A stretch of DNA of 64,000 nucleotides from Candidatus Nealsonbacteria bacterium (GCA_047456315.1 CP179889.1:56966-120965), one strand, 5' to 3'. Shown: positions 53,168-63,445, numbered from the stretch's first letter. Numbers and translations: made by a program. Notes: generated by a model not told the origin, from the letters alone.

Positions 53168-54607
53168 TTATTCACCTTTGACTACAGCTAAAGGTACTAA
53201 TTTTGCCACTTTTTTAGACAACTTAGCGTTGTGAACCACATCAATCACACTTTCAATGTCCTTGTATGCTTGGGGAGCTTCCTCAGCAATTCCACGATTG
53301 CTCCAGCACTTAACAATAATTCCTTTTTGTTTTAACGTTTTTACAACATTTTGTCCAGAGATTGTTCTTGTCGCCTGTTTTCTTGACATTGTTCTTCCAG
53401 CACCATGACAAACACTGTGCCAAGCTTCTTTAGACCCTTTAGTCCCTGCTAAAACGTATGATGATGTTCCCATGCTCCCTGGCACTAACACAGGTTGTCC
53501 GCTCTCTTGATATTCTTTGGGAATCTCAGGATGATTTGGGGGAAAAGCTCTAGTTGCTCCTTTTCTATGAATACATAACTTCATAGTTTTACCATCAATC
53601 TCATGTTCTTCGATTTTAGCAATGTTATGAGCAACATCATAAAGAAGACGCAGATTTTGTTTTTCTCCTAATATTTTCTTCCACACTTGCCTTATATAAA
53701 AAGTTATCATTTGACGATTAGCCCAGGCATAGTTTGCGCCGGCAGACATTGCCTGGAAAAATCTTTTGCCTTCTTCAGAATTAAAAGGAACGCATGATAA
53801 TTCTCTATCTGGGACCTTAATTTTATACCTTGACATAGCTTGAGCCGTTACTCTTAAATAATCTGAACAATTTTGATGGCCAAGTCCACGAGAGCCGGTA
53901 TGTATCATTATTACAACCTGGTCTTTGAATAATCCAAACACATTAGCTATATCTTCATCAAAAATAGCATCTACCCTTTGAATTTCACAGAAGTGGTTGC
54001 CACTACCAAGAGTTCCAACTTGATTCCTTCCTCTGTTCTTAGCTCTATCAGAAACAAAAGAAGAATCTGCTTCTTCTAATTTTCCCCTAGACTCACAATT
54101 TTCAATATCTTCTTTATTGCCATATCCTTGTTTAACCAAATATTGAACCCCTTCTTCTAAGATTTTATTAATTTGAGCAATACTTAATTTAATTTTCCTT
54201 CCTCTTCCCAATCCTGATGGAATCTGCGCCTGAATTCCTGTAGCAAGTTCATCAAGGTGGTTTTTAATTTCTTCATAAGTTAAGCTTGATTTTAATAACC
54301 GAACGCCGCAGTTTTGATCAAAACCTATTCCAGAAGGTGAAATTACTCCGCTTGGAAACTTAGTCGCAGCCACACCACCAATAACAAATCCGTAGCCTGT
54401 ATGAATATCTGGCATGGCTAAAGAATATTTCACAATGCCTGGTAAAGCACAAACATTAATAACTTGTTCTAAAGCACCAGGCTCTATGGATTCCAACATT
54501 CTTTCTGAAGTATAAATTCTAGCTGGGACACGCATATCAGGCCTAAAGCTTTTAGGTATTTCCCATAACCAATTAGATATTTTTTTAAAATTATTTTTTG
54601 ATACCAT
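53168..54607 (-). CDS. rtcB: RNA-splicing ligase RtcB
   Basis: MPDIHTGYG, GFDQNCGVR, GTLGSGNHF, HTGSRG, HNIAK, HRKGAT, CHGAGR, EEAPQAYK. Confidence 0.96.
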   Translation of the reverse strand: MVSKNNFKKISNWLWEIPKSFRPDMRVPARIYTSERMLESIEPGALEQVINVCALPGIVKYSLAMPDIHTGYGFVIGGVAATKFPSGVISPSGIGFDQNCGVRLLKSSLTYEEIKNHLDELATGIQAQIPSGLGRGRKIKLSIAQINKILEEGVQYLVKQGYGNKEDIENCESRGKLEEADSSFVSDRAKNRGRNQVGTLGSGNHFCEIQRVDAIFDEDIANVFGLFKDQVVIMIHTGSRGLGHQNCSDYLRVTAQAMSRYKIKVPDRELSCVPFNSEEGKRFFQAMSAGANYAWANRQMITFYIRQVWKKILGEKQNLRLLYDVAHNIAKIEEHEIDGKTMKLCIHRKGATRAFPPNHPEIPKEYQESGQPVLVPGSMGTSSYVLAGTKGSKEAWHSVCHGAGRTMSRKQATRTISGQNVVKTLKQKGIIVKCWSNRGIAEEAPQAYKDIESVIDVVHNAKLSKKVAKLVPLAVVKGE

Positions 54608-55859
54608 AATTTAGTTTTTCGAATTCTTGTTTTACTATTTTTTTATCATCCCATGGGATTTTCTTGCCTTTTTCAATACATATCCAGGGCTCGCAACCTT
54701 TTCCTGTTATTATGACAACGTCATTGGTTTTTGCTTTTTTTAAAGCACTGTTTATTGCTTTTTCCCTGTCCATAATCTTTTCTGCCTTATTTTCAGCGCC
54801 TTGGGCAACTTGATCAATAATATCTTTTGGATTTTCATCATAAGGGTCTTCGTTTGTAATTATAATATGCTGGCAGTATTTTGCTGCAATTTTTCCCAAA
54901 ACAGGTCTTTTCCACTTATCCCTTCCTCCGCCAGCTGCACCCAGAACACAAATCATTTTAGGAGAATTAAAATTATTTTTAATTGAGCTGTAAACCTTTT
55001 CAAGAGCATTAGGAGTAAATGCATAATCAACAATAACCTTAAAAGGTGATGCAACAACTATTTCCATTCTGCCTGGTATATATTTTATCTTTTCTAAAGC
55101 TTTTTTACAGGTTTCTAAACTAATATCTTCCGACAAACCAACACAGATTGCTGCCAGGGCATTATAGACGTTAAACTTACCAATAAGATTAAGCTTAAAA
55201 TCAATGTTATTAACTTTAAAAATAGTGCTGTTTGGATTAGCTTCATAGTTTGTAGCAATCAGCTGATGGTCAATGTTTTTATTAGCTGTCAGACCATAAC
55301 CATATTTTTTATCAGCTTTATACTTTAAAAAATGATTAACATTTTTATCATCAGTATTAAGAACATGAACATCTTTTGTGATTTTAAAAAGTTCTTCTTT
55401 TGCCTGACGATATTTTTCAAAAGAGCCGTGCGCTTCAATATGCTCTGGGCTAAGATTTGTAAAAACTGCCAAGCTAAAATCAATAAATCTGTGGCGGTGC
55501 TGTTTTATACCCTCTGAAGTCACTTCTATAACAGCGTACTGGCACTTTGAATTAACTGCTCGCTTTAAAAGTTTCTGCAAAGTAAAACGCCCTGGCATTG
55601 TCATTTTAAGCATGTTTATCTCTTCTTTGTCAGCTATTTTAAATTTAATTGAGGACAAGGCAGCTATTTTAAAACCAGCTTGTTCTAAAATACTGGATAT
55701 CATCTCAATGACAGTTGATTTTCCATTGGTTCCAGTAACTCCAATAACTTTTAATTTTTTAGAAGGAAAACCATAAAGCACAGCTCCCAAAAAAGCTAGT
55801 AAAAAATGATACCAGTCCAATAAGAAATAAGGGATAAGTTTTTTAATAATTTGTTTCAT
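54591..55859 (-). CDS. murE: Mur ligase, MurE-type
   Basis: GVTGTNGKST, EVTSEG, TNLSPEH, PGRME, VDYA, GGGRD, TNEDP, GKG. Confidence 0.88.
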   Translation of the reverse strand: MKQIIKKLIPYFLLDWYHFLLAFLGAVLYGFPSKKLKVIGVTGTNGKSTVIEMISSILEQAGFKIAALSSIKFKIADKEEINMLKMTMPGRFTLQKLLKRAVNSKCQYAVIEVTSEGIKQHRHRFIDFSLAVFTNLSPEHIEAHGSFEKYRQAKEELFKITKDVHVLNTDDKNVNHFLKYKADKKYGYGLTANKNIDHQLIATNYEANPNSTIFKVNNIDFKLNLIGKFNVYNALAAICVGLSEDISLETCKKALEKIKYIPGRMEIVVASPFKVIVDYAFTPNALEKVYSSIKNNFNSPKMICVLGAAGGGRDKWKRPVLGKIAAKYCQHIIITNEDPYDENPKDIIDQVAQGAENKAEKIMDREKAINSALKKAKTNDVVIITGKGCEPWICIEKGKKIPWDDKKIVKQEFEKLNYGIKK

Positions 55860-55957
55860 TATTCCTTATTTTTACATAAATCTAGGAAATTATGAAAAGA
55901 ATAAAAAAGTCTTGATTTAATAATTGAAATAACATAGAATATATTTGATTTAATATT

Positions 55958-56221
55958 ATGCCAATTAAAAAATCTGCAAAAAAAGCTCTGAGACAAAGTA
56001 AAAAAAGAAGAACAAGAAATAGGGCTCAAAAACAAAAAATTAAAACCCTTTTAAAAGAAGTGAAGGGTTTTATTTCAGAAAAGAAAACCAGTGAAGCAAA
56101 AAAGCTTTTACCTAAAGTATATAAATCCCTGGATAAAGCAGCTAAAGTTAATTTAATGAAAAAAAACACTGTTTCAAGAATAAAATCAAGGTTAACAAAA
56201 GCTCTTACTAAATCCCAGTAA
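55958..56221 (+). CDS. rpsT: 30S ribosomal protein S20
   Basis: MPIKKSAKKALRQ, LDKAAK, KNTVSRIKSRL. Confidence 0.95.
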   Translation: MPIKKSAKKALRQSKKRRTRNRAQKQKIKTLLKEVKGFISEKKTSEAKKLLPKVYKSLDKAAKVNLMKKNTVSRIKSRLTKALTKSQ

Positions 56222-57131
56222 TTAACAAATCCAAAGCCGCCTCAGGATCAGATTTCCCTGTTTTAATACTAAGGTCTATCTCAAATATTTTTTGGTAGAT
56301 CTTTTTAAGTTCTAAAAAATCAAATTTTCTTGCCAGGACAGAGCTTTTTTTAATGACAAAAGGATGAAGTCCCGAAGAATAAGGAGAAAGGTTTTTAATA
56401 AGCAGGTCCTTAATAATTAATAAATTCCTGAACTGATAGTTAATCATTGAAAACAAATAAAAAGGACTGTCTCCTTTTTTTATATGATCCCTCAAAAGCT
56501 TTAGGGCTCTTTTTTTATCTTTTGAAGCTATGGCATCAATAGTGTTAAATATATTTGGTTCAACATAAGGCTTTATTAAAAGCTCAATATCTTTTACTTC
56601 TATTTCCTCGCCGTTCTTAAAATGAGCCAGTTTTTGAACCTCATTTATCATTTGCCAGGGGTTATTCTCAACAAAAGCTATAAATTTATCTAAGGCCTGC
56701 TCTTTGATTTTTGCTTTTCGCTCTTGAAATTCTTTTTTTAACCAATTCCTTAATTTTAAACCCTCAAGTAATTGGAACTCCTGGTTCTTGGCATATTTAT
56801 TTAAAAACTTAAGCAAAGCATCTCTTTTATCAACCTTGTCTGCTTCATAAAACAGAATTGTATTGTCAGATTCAATGAATTTTTTTCCTTTCTTCACAAA
56901 GCTTTTTTTAAAATCAGTATTTGAAAAAACATTTGTCAGTATTAATAATTTTTTCTCCTTAAATATTGAGGTTTGCTTAAGCTCATCTTCCAGTTCCTTA
57001 AAACTCAACTTCCTCACATCAAGATACTTCAAACTAAGCCCAGTTTTATGGATTTTCCTGTAATGCTCAGTTAATTCTTTTAGCTTCTTCCCAGACCTAT
57101 AATTATCTTGACCGTAAAGAAAAATAATCAT
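56208..57131 (-). CDS. holA: DNA polymerase III delta subunit
   Basis: MIIFLYGQD, SIF, NEVQKL, NIFNTIDA, HPFVIKK, DLSIKTG; holA-rpsT synteny. Confidence 0.9.
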   Translation of the reverse strand: MIIFLYGQDNYRSGKKLKELTEHYRKIHKTGLSLKYLDVRKLSFKELEDELKQTSIFKEKKLLILTNVFSNTDFKKSFVKKGKKFIESDNTILFYEADKVDKRDALLKFLNKYAKNQEFQLLEGLKLRNWLKKEFQERKAKIKEQALDKFIAFVENNPWQMINEVQKLAHFKNGEEIEVKDIELLIKPYVEPNIFNTIDAIASKDKKRALKLLRDHIKKGDSPFYLFSMINYQFRNLLIIKDLLIKNLSPYSSGLHPFVIKKSSVLARKFDFLELKKIYQKIFEIDLSIKTGKSDPEAALDLLITGI

Positions 57132-58009
57132 AATTTTTGACACTGAGGGCAAAAATGAGCTGACCTCCCTCCTATTTTTTTTCTTTTAATTTCACTTTTG
57201 CATCTAGGACATTTTTCTCCCTCTTTTCGATAAACTTTTCGTTTCAATTCATAAAATCCTTTTGTTCCATCAACTAATCTAAAATCAGAAATACTTGTTC
57301 CTTTAAGCTCAACTGCTTTTTTTAGAATTACTTTCATTGACTGATAAATTCTTTTAAGCTCTGTATTTGACAGATTTGAAACATCTTTGAAAGGATGAAT
57401 TTTTGAACGCCATAAAATCTCATCAGAATAAATATTTCCAATCCCAACAATAACATTCTGATTCATTAAGACTTGCTTGATTTTACCTTTTCTCTTTTTA
57501 CCAAGCGCTTGTTTGAATTTTTCAAAAGTAAAGTTTTTTTCTAATGGTTCAGGGCCTAGTTTTTTAAAACTTTCAGAAACTTTTAATTCATTTTTATCCC
57601 AAAGCTCAATTTTTGCAAACTTTCTTAAATCTGATAAAGCTAGTTGTTTTCCATCTTCGAAAAAAATAATGAAACGTAAATAATCATTTCTTGAATCATT
57701 TAGCATAGGGCCTTTTATCTTAGAAATCCATTTTCCCTTTTTCATCTGCCATTTACCAAAAAGTAAATGCCCTGTCATTTTTTGATGAATTAAAAGTATT
57801 TTATTACCTGACAAATTAATTAAAATATTCTTTCCTCTTCTTTTTATCTTTTCTGCTTTCCTTCCTTTAAGATGCTGCTTGAAATTTTCAAAACTGCCTG
57901 GTTTCTTTACAAGCTTTTTAGCATCTATCCAGACATCCTTGATTCTTTTGCCAATAATTGTTCTTCTTAATCCTCTTACTGTTGATTCTACTTCTGGCAG
58001 CTCTGGCAT
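57128..58009 (-). CDS. mutM: formamidopyrimidine-DNA glycosylase
   Basis: MPELPEVE, RRGK, HQKMTG, GIGNIYSDE, CPRC...FCPQCQ. Confidence 0.96.
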   Translation of the reverse strand: MPELPEVESTVRGLRRTIIGKRIKDVWIDAKKLVKKPGSFENFKQHLKGRKAEKIKRRGKNILINLSGNKILLIHQKMTGHLLFGKWQMKKGKWISKIKGPMLNDSRNDYLRFIIFFEDGKQLALSDLRKFAKIELWDKNELKVSESFKKLGPEPLEKNFTFEKFKQALGKKRKGKIKQVLMNQNVIVGIGNIYSDEILWRSKIHPFKDVSNLSNTELKRIYQSMKVILKKAVELKGTSISDFRLVDGTKGFYELKRKVYRKEGEKCPRCKSEIKRKKIGGRSAHFCPQCQKL

Positions 58010-58145
58010 AATACTTTTTTATTAACATAATTGGTGTTAAATAAAAAGACCAGCACCATAATCCTCTATCAATTAAAAAACCACCCTCTAGACTGAATAT
58101 TAAAATATTAACAGCCAAAAGGGTGGCCTTTTTATAAGATCTCAA

Positions 58146-58514
58146 TTATTTCAAATTATTCTTAATTTTTGAAATAATCTCTCCAGGAGTAAAGTGGGCC
58201 TTAATTAAATAATCAACAGCTCCCATTTTTAAACCCTTCTCAACCTCTTCTTTTTGTCCAAGGTTAGATAATATAATTACTGGAATGGATTTTACACTCT
58301 CATCTTTTTTTATCCGGGACAAAACCTCAAACCCATCGATACTAGGCAGAATCAAGTCAAGTAAAATCAAATCAGGTTTTTCCTCTTTAACTTTTTTGAT
58401 TCCCTCTTCTCCGTCCGCTGCTCCAACTGCGTCAAAACCCTCATCTGTAAGTTTACGAGAGATAAGTTCTCTTAAGAATCTGTCGTCTTCAATAATTAAT
58501 ATTTTTTTTGCCAT
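58146..58514 (-). CDS. stand-alone response regulator receiver
   Basis: IIEDD, LLDLILP, SN, YLIK. Confidence 0.92.
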   Translation of the reverse strand: MAKKILIIEDDRFLRELISRKLTDEGFDAVGAADGEEGIKKVKEEKPDLILLDLILPSIDGFEVLSRIKKDESVKSIPVIILSNLGQKEEVEKGLKMGAVDYLIKAHFTPGEIISKIKNNLK

Positions 58515-58534
58515 ATTAACTAATAATTATAATA

Positions 58535-58903
58535 TTATTGACCAATTTGCTTTCTTACCTTATCAACAACCTCTTGAGGATCAAATTCTGTTTTAATTAA
58601 CCAATCTCTTGCCCCAAGATACTTAGCCTTATCAAGCTCCACTGGTTGGCCTGAATTGGAGATAACGATAATAGGTATTTTCTTCAGTTCTGGATCTTTA
58701 CCCATTTCTTCCATCACTTCATAACCGCTCTTTTTAGGCATAACAATATCCAATAAAACAATATCTGGCTTTGTTTCTCTTAAGGCCTTCAATCCTTCTT
58801 CTCCATTATGAGCTACTGAAACATCATATCCTTCCTGAAGCAGCTTTTTTTTAAGAAGGTCAATTATTATTTCTTCATCCTCGACTATTAAAACTTTTTT
58901 CAT
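58535..58903 (-). CDS. stand-alone response regulator receiver
   Basis: IVEDE, LLDIVMP, SN, WLIK. Confidence 0.92.
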   Translation of the reverse strand: MKKVLIVEDEEIIIDLLKKKLLQEGYDVSVAHNGEEGLKALRETKPDIVLLDIVMPKKSGYEVMEEMGKDPELKKIPIIVISNSGQPVELDKAKYLGARDWLIKTEFDPQEVVDKVRKQIGQ

Positions 58904-58975
58904 GGTTATAACTATATATTAGCATTAATTAACGGTTTTATTATAACAAACTAGTAAAAAGAAGCCAATGTCAAG

Positions 58976-60532
58976 CTAGGCCTTCTTTAAGCGCTTATTG
59001 ATTTGATTCCTGATCGGGATAGTAAAATAAAAAGTAGTGCCTTTCTTTGGCCCGGATTCAAACCAAATTCTGCCGTCATGGGATGAAATAATGTTTTTAG
59101 TGATAAAAAGACCAAGGCCTGAACCATCGGTTTCCATTTTTATAACATTTGCTCCTCTGAAAAATTTTGTAAACACCCTTTCTTGTTGCTTCTCTGGAAT
59201 ACCCACACCAGAGTCCTTTACTGAAACAATAACTTCTTTACCGTTGCTGTCTAAGGTGACCACTACTTTACCCTTGGCAGAAGTATATTTTAAGGCATTA
59301 TCTACAAGATTCTGGAAAGCTAGTTTCATTTTTTCAACATCCAATAAAACTTTTGGAATTCTTTTTTTAATTTGTTTAAATTCAAGAGTTACCTGTCTTT
59401 TCTTTGCATCTCCTTGACAAGAATTAATCACAAATTGAAGAACCGGACCAATGTCGTTTAAGGCGGGCCTATGCAAATATCTTCCTTCTTCAATTCTTGT
59501 TACATTCAAAAGGTCGTTAATCAAAATTATCATTCTTTCGTTTGAACGATAGGTTTTGTTTAAAAACTCACGTTGCTCTGTTGATATTTCTCCTAAATCC
59601 CCGTCCAGCATCATTTTTAATGTCCACTTTATTGCAGAAAGAGGAGTTCTTAACTGATGAGCAGCAATAGAAACAAATTCAGTTTTCATGCGTTCAACTA
59701 TTTTTTCACGGCTGACATCGTGAAGTATTACCAAAGACCCAATTTTTGTCCCGTTTGTCATTAAGGGAACTGTGGAAACTTCCAAGATAAAATTCTCTGT
59801 TAATTTCAGTTCTCTTCTAGACAAACCTTCTCTTATTTCTCCGCCAATTAAATCTGCTAAATTTTTAACCGGATCAAACTTAAAAAAATCTACAGCTCTT
59901 TGCCCGATTAATTTCTCTCTTTCAATCATTAATAAGCTTTCAGCCCGTGGGTTCATTAAAGCCAAATAGTTTGTTTTATCAAAAACCAACAAACCATCAG
60001 TAAGATTGTTAATGATTTCCTGGGTTTTGCTTCTTTCTTCTTCAGCCACTTGTCTTGCGCCTTCAGTGTCTTCCAAGATATTCATTAAAGCTAATTGAGC
60101 CTCTCTTAACTCTCTTTCACCTTCTTTGATTTTTGTTAAATCAAAAAGCCCTAAAAAATAACCAACTACTTCTCCTTTTTCATCTTTTCTTACTCTTGTA
60201 AAAGCCTGAATAAATATCTTTTCTTTTCCTTTGGGAGAGAAAGTCATTTCTTTCCCCTTAACAATTCCTTTTTCTAAAGTGTCTTTTGTTAAATTTTCTG
60301 CTTCATCCTTCTTAAATACTTTCTCAATAGCTTCCCCGATGATCTCATAAGATTTAAATCCTGAAATATTTTCAAAAGCAGGATTGATTTCTAGAACCAC
60401 ACCAATCGGGCTAACAAAACAAATCGGCAAAGGAGAAAAACTAAAAAGATCATGAATGTAGCTTTCAAGTGATGCTAAGTCATCAGCTAAAAGAGATAGC
60501 TTTTTTTCTTCTGATGGTTCTGTTACTGCCAT
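58976..60532 (-). CDS. cytoplasmic PAS-PAS sensor histidine kinase
   Basis: Two PAS domains, AHQLRTPL H-box, NLVDNALKY, DSGVGI, GSGLGL; no TM. Confidence 0.93.
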   Translation of the reverse strand: MAVTEPSEEKKLSLLADDLASLESYIHDLFSFSPLPICFVSPIGVVLEINPAFENISGFKSYEIIGEAIEKVFKKDEAENLTKDTLEKGIVKGKEMTFSPKGKEKIFIQAFTRVRKDEKGEVVGYFLGLFDLTKIKEGERELREAQLALMNILEDTEGARQVAEEERSKTQEIINNLTDGLLVFDKTNYLALMNPRAESLLMIEREKLIGQRAVDFFKFDPVKNLADLIGGEIREGLSRRELKLTENFILEVSTVPLMTNGTKIGSLVILHDVSREKIVERMKTEFVSIAAHQLRTPLSAIKWTLKMMLDGDLGEISTEQREFLNKTYRSNERMIILINDLLNVTRIEEGRYLHRPALNDIGPVLQFVINSCQGDAKKRQVTLEFKQIKKRIPKVLLDVEKMKLAFQNLVDNALKYTSAKGKVVVTLDSNGKEVIVSVKDSGVGIPEKQQERVFTKFFRGANVIKMETDGSGLGLFITKNIISSHDGRIWFESGPKKGTTFYFTIPIRNQINKRLKKA

Positions 60533-61131
60533 TTTACTGTGAATTCATGATAAGGATCTCCTTTAAAAACACATTTTGTTTCTCGGGAATCTATTTTTGA
60601 TGCTTTAACTAGCATCTGCACGATTCCTGCAAAATACCCTTCTAAATAAATACAATACACAGGATGAAGGTCAAATTCCTCCACTCTTATAACAGCGTAT
60701 TTTTGCTTTTCATCCAGCTCTACTGGAACCAGTTTTCCAACTGTCCAGTGCTTGCTCCATATTTTAGGGGATTCCTTCATGACAACCCTTTTCACGGAAA
60801 GAAAATATTTCGTAAAAAGTCTGATAATTAAAGACATCTTTGTTGCAAAGGTTCCCATTTTCCTGATATCATTATCATTAAAATTAAAAATCTCTTTAAT
60901 TACTAAAAGAGAAAGGACTCTTAATCCAACAGGGTAAAACCCCATAGTGCTTATCTGATTGTACTTAATTGGATGACCAAGCTCTTCTAGTTTCTTCTCC
61001 AGCTGCGCTATTCCTTTTTTTCCTTTTTCTTTAAGAATGTATTCTTCATCAGTTTTTAAAACAACACCTCTCACTTCACCCTTAATTTGCATTAGCTGGT
61101 CAATTGTTTCCTTATTAATAGTTTCACTCAT
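60523..61131 (-). CDS. V4R/HNOB-like ligand-binding domain protein
   Basis: YCIYLEGYFAG...ETKCVFKGDPYHEF V4R-like signature; overlaps the kinase start. Confidence 0.75.
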   Translation of the reverse strand: MSETINKETIDQLMQIKGEVRGVVLKTDEEYILKEKGKKGIAQLEKKLEELGHPIKYNQISTMGFYPVGLRVLSLLVIKEIFNFNDNDIRKMGTFATKMSLIIRLFTKYFLSVKRVVMKESPKIWSKHWTVGKLVPVELDEKQKYAVIRVEEFDLHPVYCIYLEGYFAGIVQMLVKASKIDSRETKCVFKGDPYHEFTVKWQ

Positions 61132-61133
61132 AA

Positions 61134-62036
61134 TTAAGATTGCTTATTATTTTTATTATTTTTTTGAAGTTCTTTTAACTTTTTCTTTAATTCTACCATC
61201 TTTATTTCTCTTCCCACAGCAAACTTCTGGAATCTTTCCAGTTCCTGAACCTTTTTTTGAATTTCTTTTGTTCTTTTTTTAACTTTTTCTTCAAGACCTT
61301 GAGTTAATTCTTCCAGCTCATTAACTCTAGCTCTTACCCTTACTTCTAAAGTTTTTTTAGTATCTTCTAAAATAGCTCGCGTGCTTTCTATCTCTTTTAC
61401 TTTTTGTTTTAAATCTTTGTTGGTTTTTTCCAACTCAACTTGTGTTGCTGATATACTACTGCTTTGTTTTCTTATTATTTTCGAATAGCGATTTGCAACC
61501 AGCACTGACAATATAAAAATCACAGAAATTGTAAAAACTCTTGAAAAAATATGATATGGGTCTTTATAAACTCCAGTAGGTCCAAAAGGAGCTGCATGAG
61601 GAATAATATCAAAATATTCTAAAGCAACTAGAGCTGAAAAGGATAGTATGGATAAAAAGGTTATGATAAGGCTTCTTTTTTCGGACAAAAGAAAAACTGA
61701 ATAAATTATTATCGTAGAATATAAAAGAGGAACAAAAGATTCTATTCCTCCAAGATAATAAACAATCATTGTTAGAATTAAAATATGGATAATAAAAAAC
61801 CTAAAATGAGCCCTATTAATAACATCTATCTTCTTTTTTCTTTCTATATAAAAACGAAAAACCAATAAAGCTGCTATCCAGAAAATCAGCCAGAAAAAAA
61901 CTTGAAAAGGAAGAGGAACTTCAAAAACATATTTTAAAATAAACAAAACAACAAGAAAAACTACTAAGGTAATCGTTGTCGAAATAATGGCCCAGACCAC
62001 TTTTTTTAATAAAGGTTTTATCTTCTCGTTATTCAT
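61134..62036 (-). CDS. multi-TM membrane protein with C-terminal coiled coil (sensor-like)
   Basis: About 6 TM, YYLGGIES, LEVRVRAR..LEEKVKKRTKE S-helix-like, FAVGREIKMVELK. Confidence 0.75.
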   Translation of the reverse strand: MNNEKIKPLLKKVVWAIISTTITLVVFLVVLFILKYVFEVPLPFQVFFWLIFWIAALLVFRFYIERKKKIDVINRAHFRFFIIHILILTMIVYYLGGIESFVPLLYSTIIIYSVFLLSEKRSLIITFLSILSFSALVALEYFDIIPHAAPFGPTGVYKDPYHIFSRVFTISVIFILSVLVANRYSKIIRKQSSSISATQVELEKTNKDLKQKVKEIESTRAILEDTKKTLEVRVRARVNELEELTQGLEEKVKKRTKEIQKKVQELERFQKFAVGREIKMVELKKKLKELQKNNKNNKQS

Positions 62037-62054
62037 ATATTTCTTTTAAATATT

Positions 62055-63002
62055 TTACCATAATGTTAATTTTTGAACACTTTTTTCTTTTTCTTGCTCC
62101 GGCTCTTTAATTCTTTTAATTAAAGTATAAAATTCAAACTTCTCAAGTATCGAAATTGCTTTATTTTCATCATAATTCTCCCACTTATACTTTTGAGGAC
62201 TAACTTCAATTGGGACATTTTTATAAATCGTAGCCAGCTCCTGGCTGAAAAAAGCTTGTTCTTTGTATTTAGTTAAAAGCTCTTTTATTCTGGGCTTTAT
62301 TTTCTCTGATTCTTCTGTTCTTTCTTCTAACTGCTTGTAAATATTTTCCAGTGTTCCAAATTCTTTTAAAAGACGTATTGCAGTTTTTTCTCCTATTCCT
62401 GTTATTCCTGGAATATTATCTGAAGGATCACCCCTTAAAGCTCTTAAATCAATTAACTGATCAGAATTCAAACCCTCATATCTTTCCCTGACTAAATCCT
62501 CATCATAAAGTACAGTATTTTTAACTCCTCTTTTTAAAAGATAAACCTTGGTTTGCTTGTCAACTAATTGGAGAGTGTCCAAATCTCCACTTAAAATGAT
62601 TGTTTCAATTTCAGGAAAAATTTGTTTTTTAGAAAACTTTTTACTAATTGTCCCTATAATATCGTCTGCTTCAAACCCCTCTTTTTCTATAACTTGAACA
62701 TCAAAAGCTTTTAAAACCTGTTTTACTTTTGGAATCTGCTCATAAAGCTCATCTGGCGCTTTTGGTCTTTTTGCCTTGTATTCTTTAAATTTCTTATGGC
62801 GAAAAGTAGGGGCAGGGAAATCAAAGCAGGCTGCAATATAGTCTGGTTTGAATTCTTTAATTGCTTTTAGAAAAACAAGTAAAAACCCATAAATTGCATT
62901 AACTATTTCCCCTTTTTTGGTTGTTAAAGGGGGTAGAGCATGAAAAGCTCTATGAATCACTGAATTGCTGTCAATAATAATTAAGCGTTTTTTTTTGGCC
63001 AT
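62055..63002 (-). CDS. stand-alone 5'-3' exonuclease (PolA N-terminal/FEN domain)
   Basis: HRAFHALP, YKAKR, EADDIIG, SGDLD, GDPSDNIPGITGIGEKTA; no polymerase domain. Confidence 0.92.
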   Translation of the reverse strand: MAKKKRLIIIDSNSVIHRAFHALPPLTTKKGEIVNAIYGFLLVFLKAIKEFKPDYIAACFDFPAPTFRHKKFKEYKAKRPKAPDELYEQIPKVKQVLKAFDVQVIEKEGFEADDIIGTISKKFSKKQIFPEIETIILSGDLDTLQLVDKQTKVYLLKRGVKNTVLYDEDLVRERYEGLNSDQLIDLRALRGDPSDNIPGITGIGEKTAIRLLKEFGTLENIYKQLEERTEESEKIKPRIKELLTKYKEQAFFSQELATIYKNVPIEVSPQKYKWENYDENKAISILEKFEFYTLIKRIKEPEQEKEKSVQKLTLW

Positions 63003-63445
63003 TTAATTGTTATCTTTCTTTTATTTTTATTATAAAACTCAAAATTAATAAAGGTTGTGCTTGGGGGTAGTATTTTTTCAATACGCTTAGCCCACTCAAT
63101 AGCAACAATGTTTTTAGAACCAGTAATAATTTCTTTAAATCCTAAATCTGAAATCTCTTTCGGTTCTTTAATACGGTAGCAGTCAATATGAAAAAAGAAT
63201 TTAAAGTTTGGATGTTTAATTTTGAATTTTTTCAGAATAACAAAGGTCGGGCTTAAAATCTTTTCTCTTATTCCCATACCCCTAGCAAAACCCTGCAGGA
63301 ATGTGGTTTTTCCTCCACCTAATTCACCCTCTAAAGCCAGAACATGTGCTTTTCTTTTACTCTTTGTTTTTAGAATTTTTTCTGCCAAGCCTTTGCCTAA
63401 ATCTCTTGTTTCTTTGGCAGTATTGGTAATATATTTAAATTTCAT
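62981..63445 (-). CDS. tsaE: tRNA threonylcarbamoyladenosine biosynthesis ATPase
   Basis: GELGGGKTTF, SPTF, HIDCYR, IEW. Confidence 0.95.
   Translation of the reverse strand: MKFKYITNTAKETRDLGKGLAEKILKTKSKRKAHVLALEGELGGGKTTFLQGFARGMGIREKILSPTFVILKKFKIKHPNFKFFFHIDCYRIKEPKEISDLGFKEIITGSKNIVAIEWAKRIEKILPPSTTFINFEFYNKNKRKITIKWPKKNA

Noticed and set aside
57918-58145. 75-aa ORF between the receiver gene and mutM (weakly AtpZ/AtpI-like GGFLIDR)
   Set aside because: Overlaps mutM by about 90 bp out of frame; might be a decayed small membrane gene but support is too weak to call.
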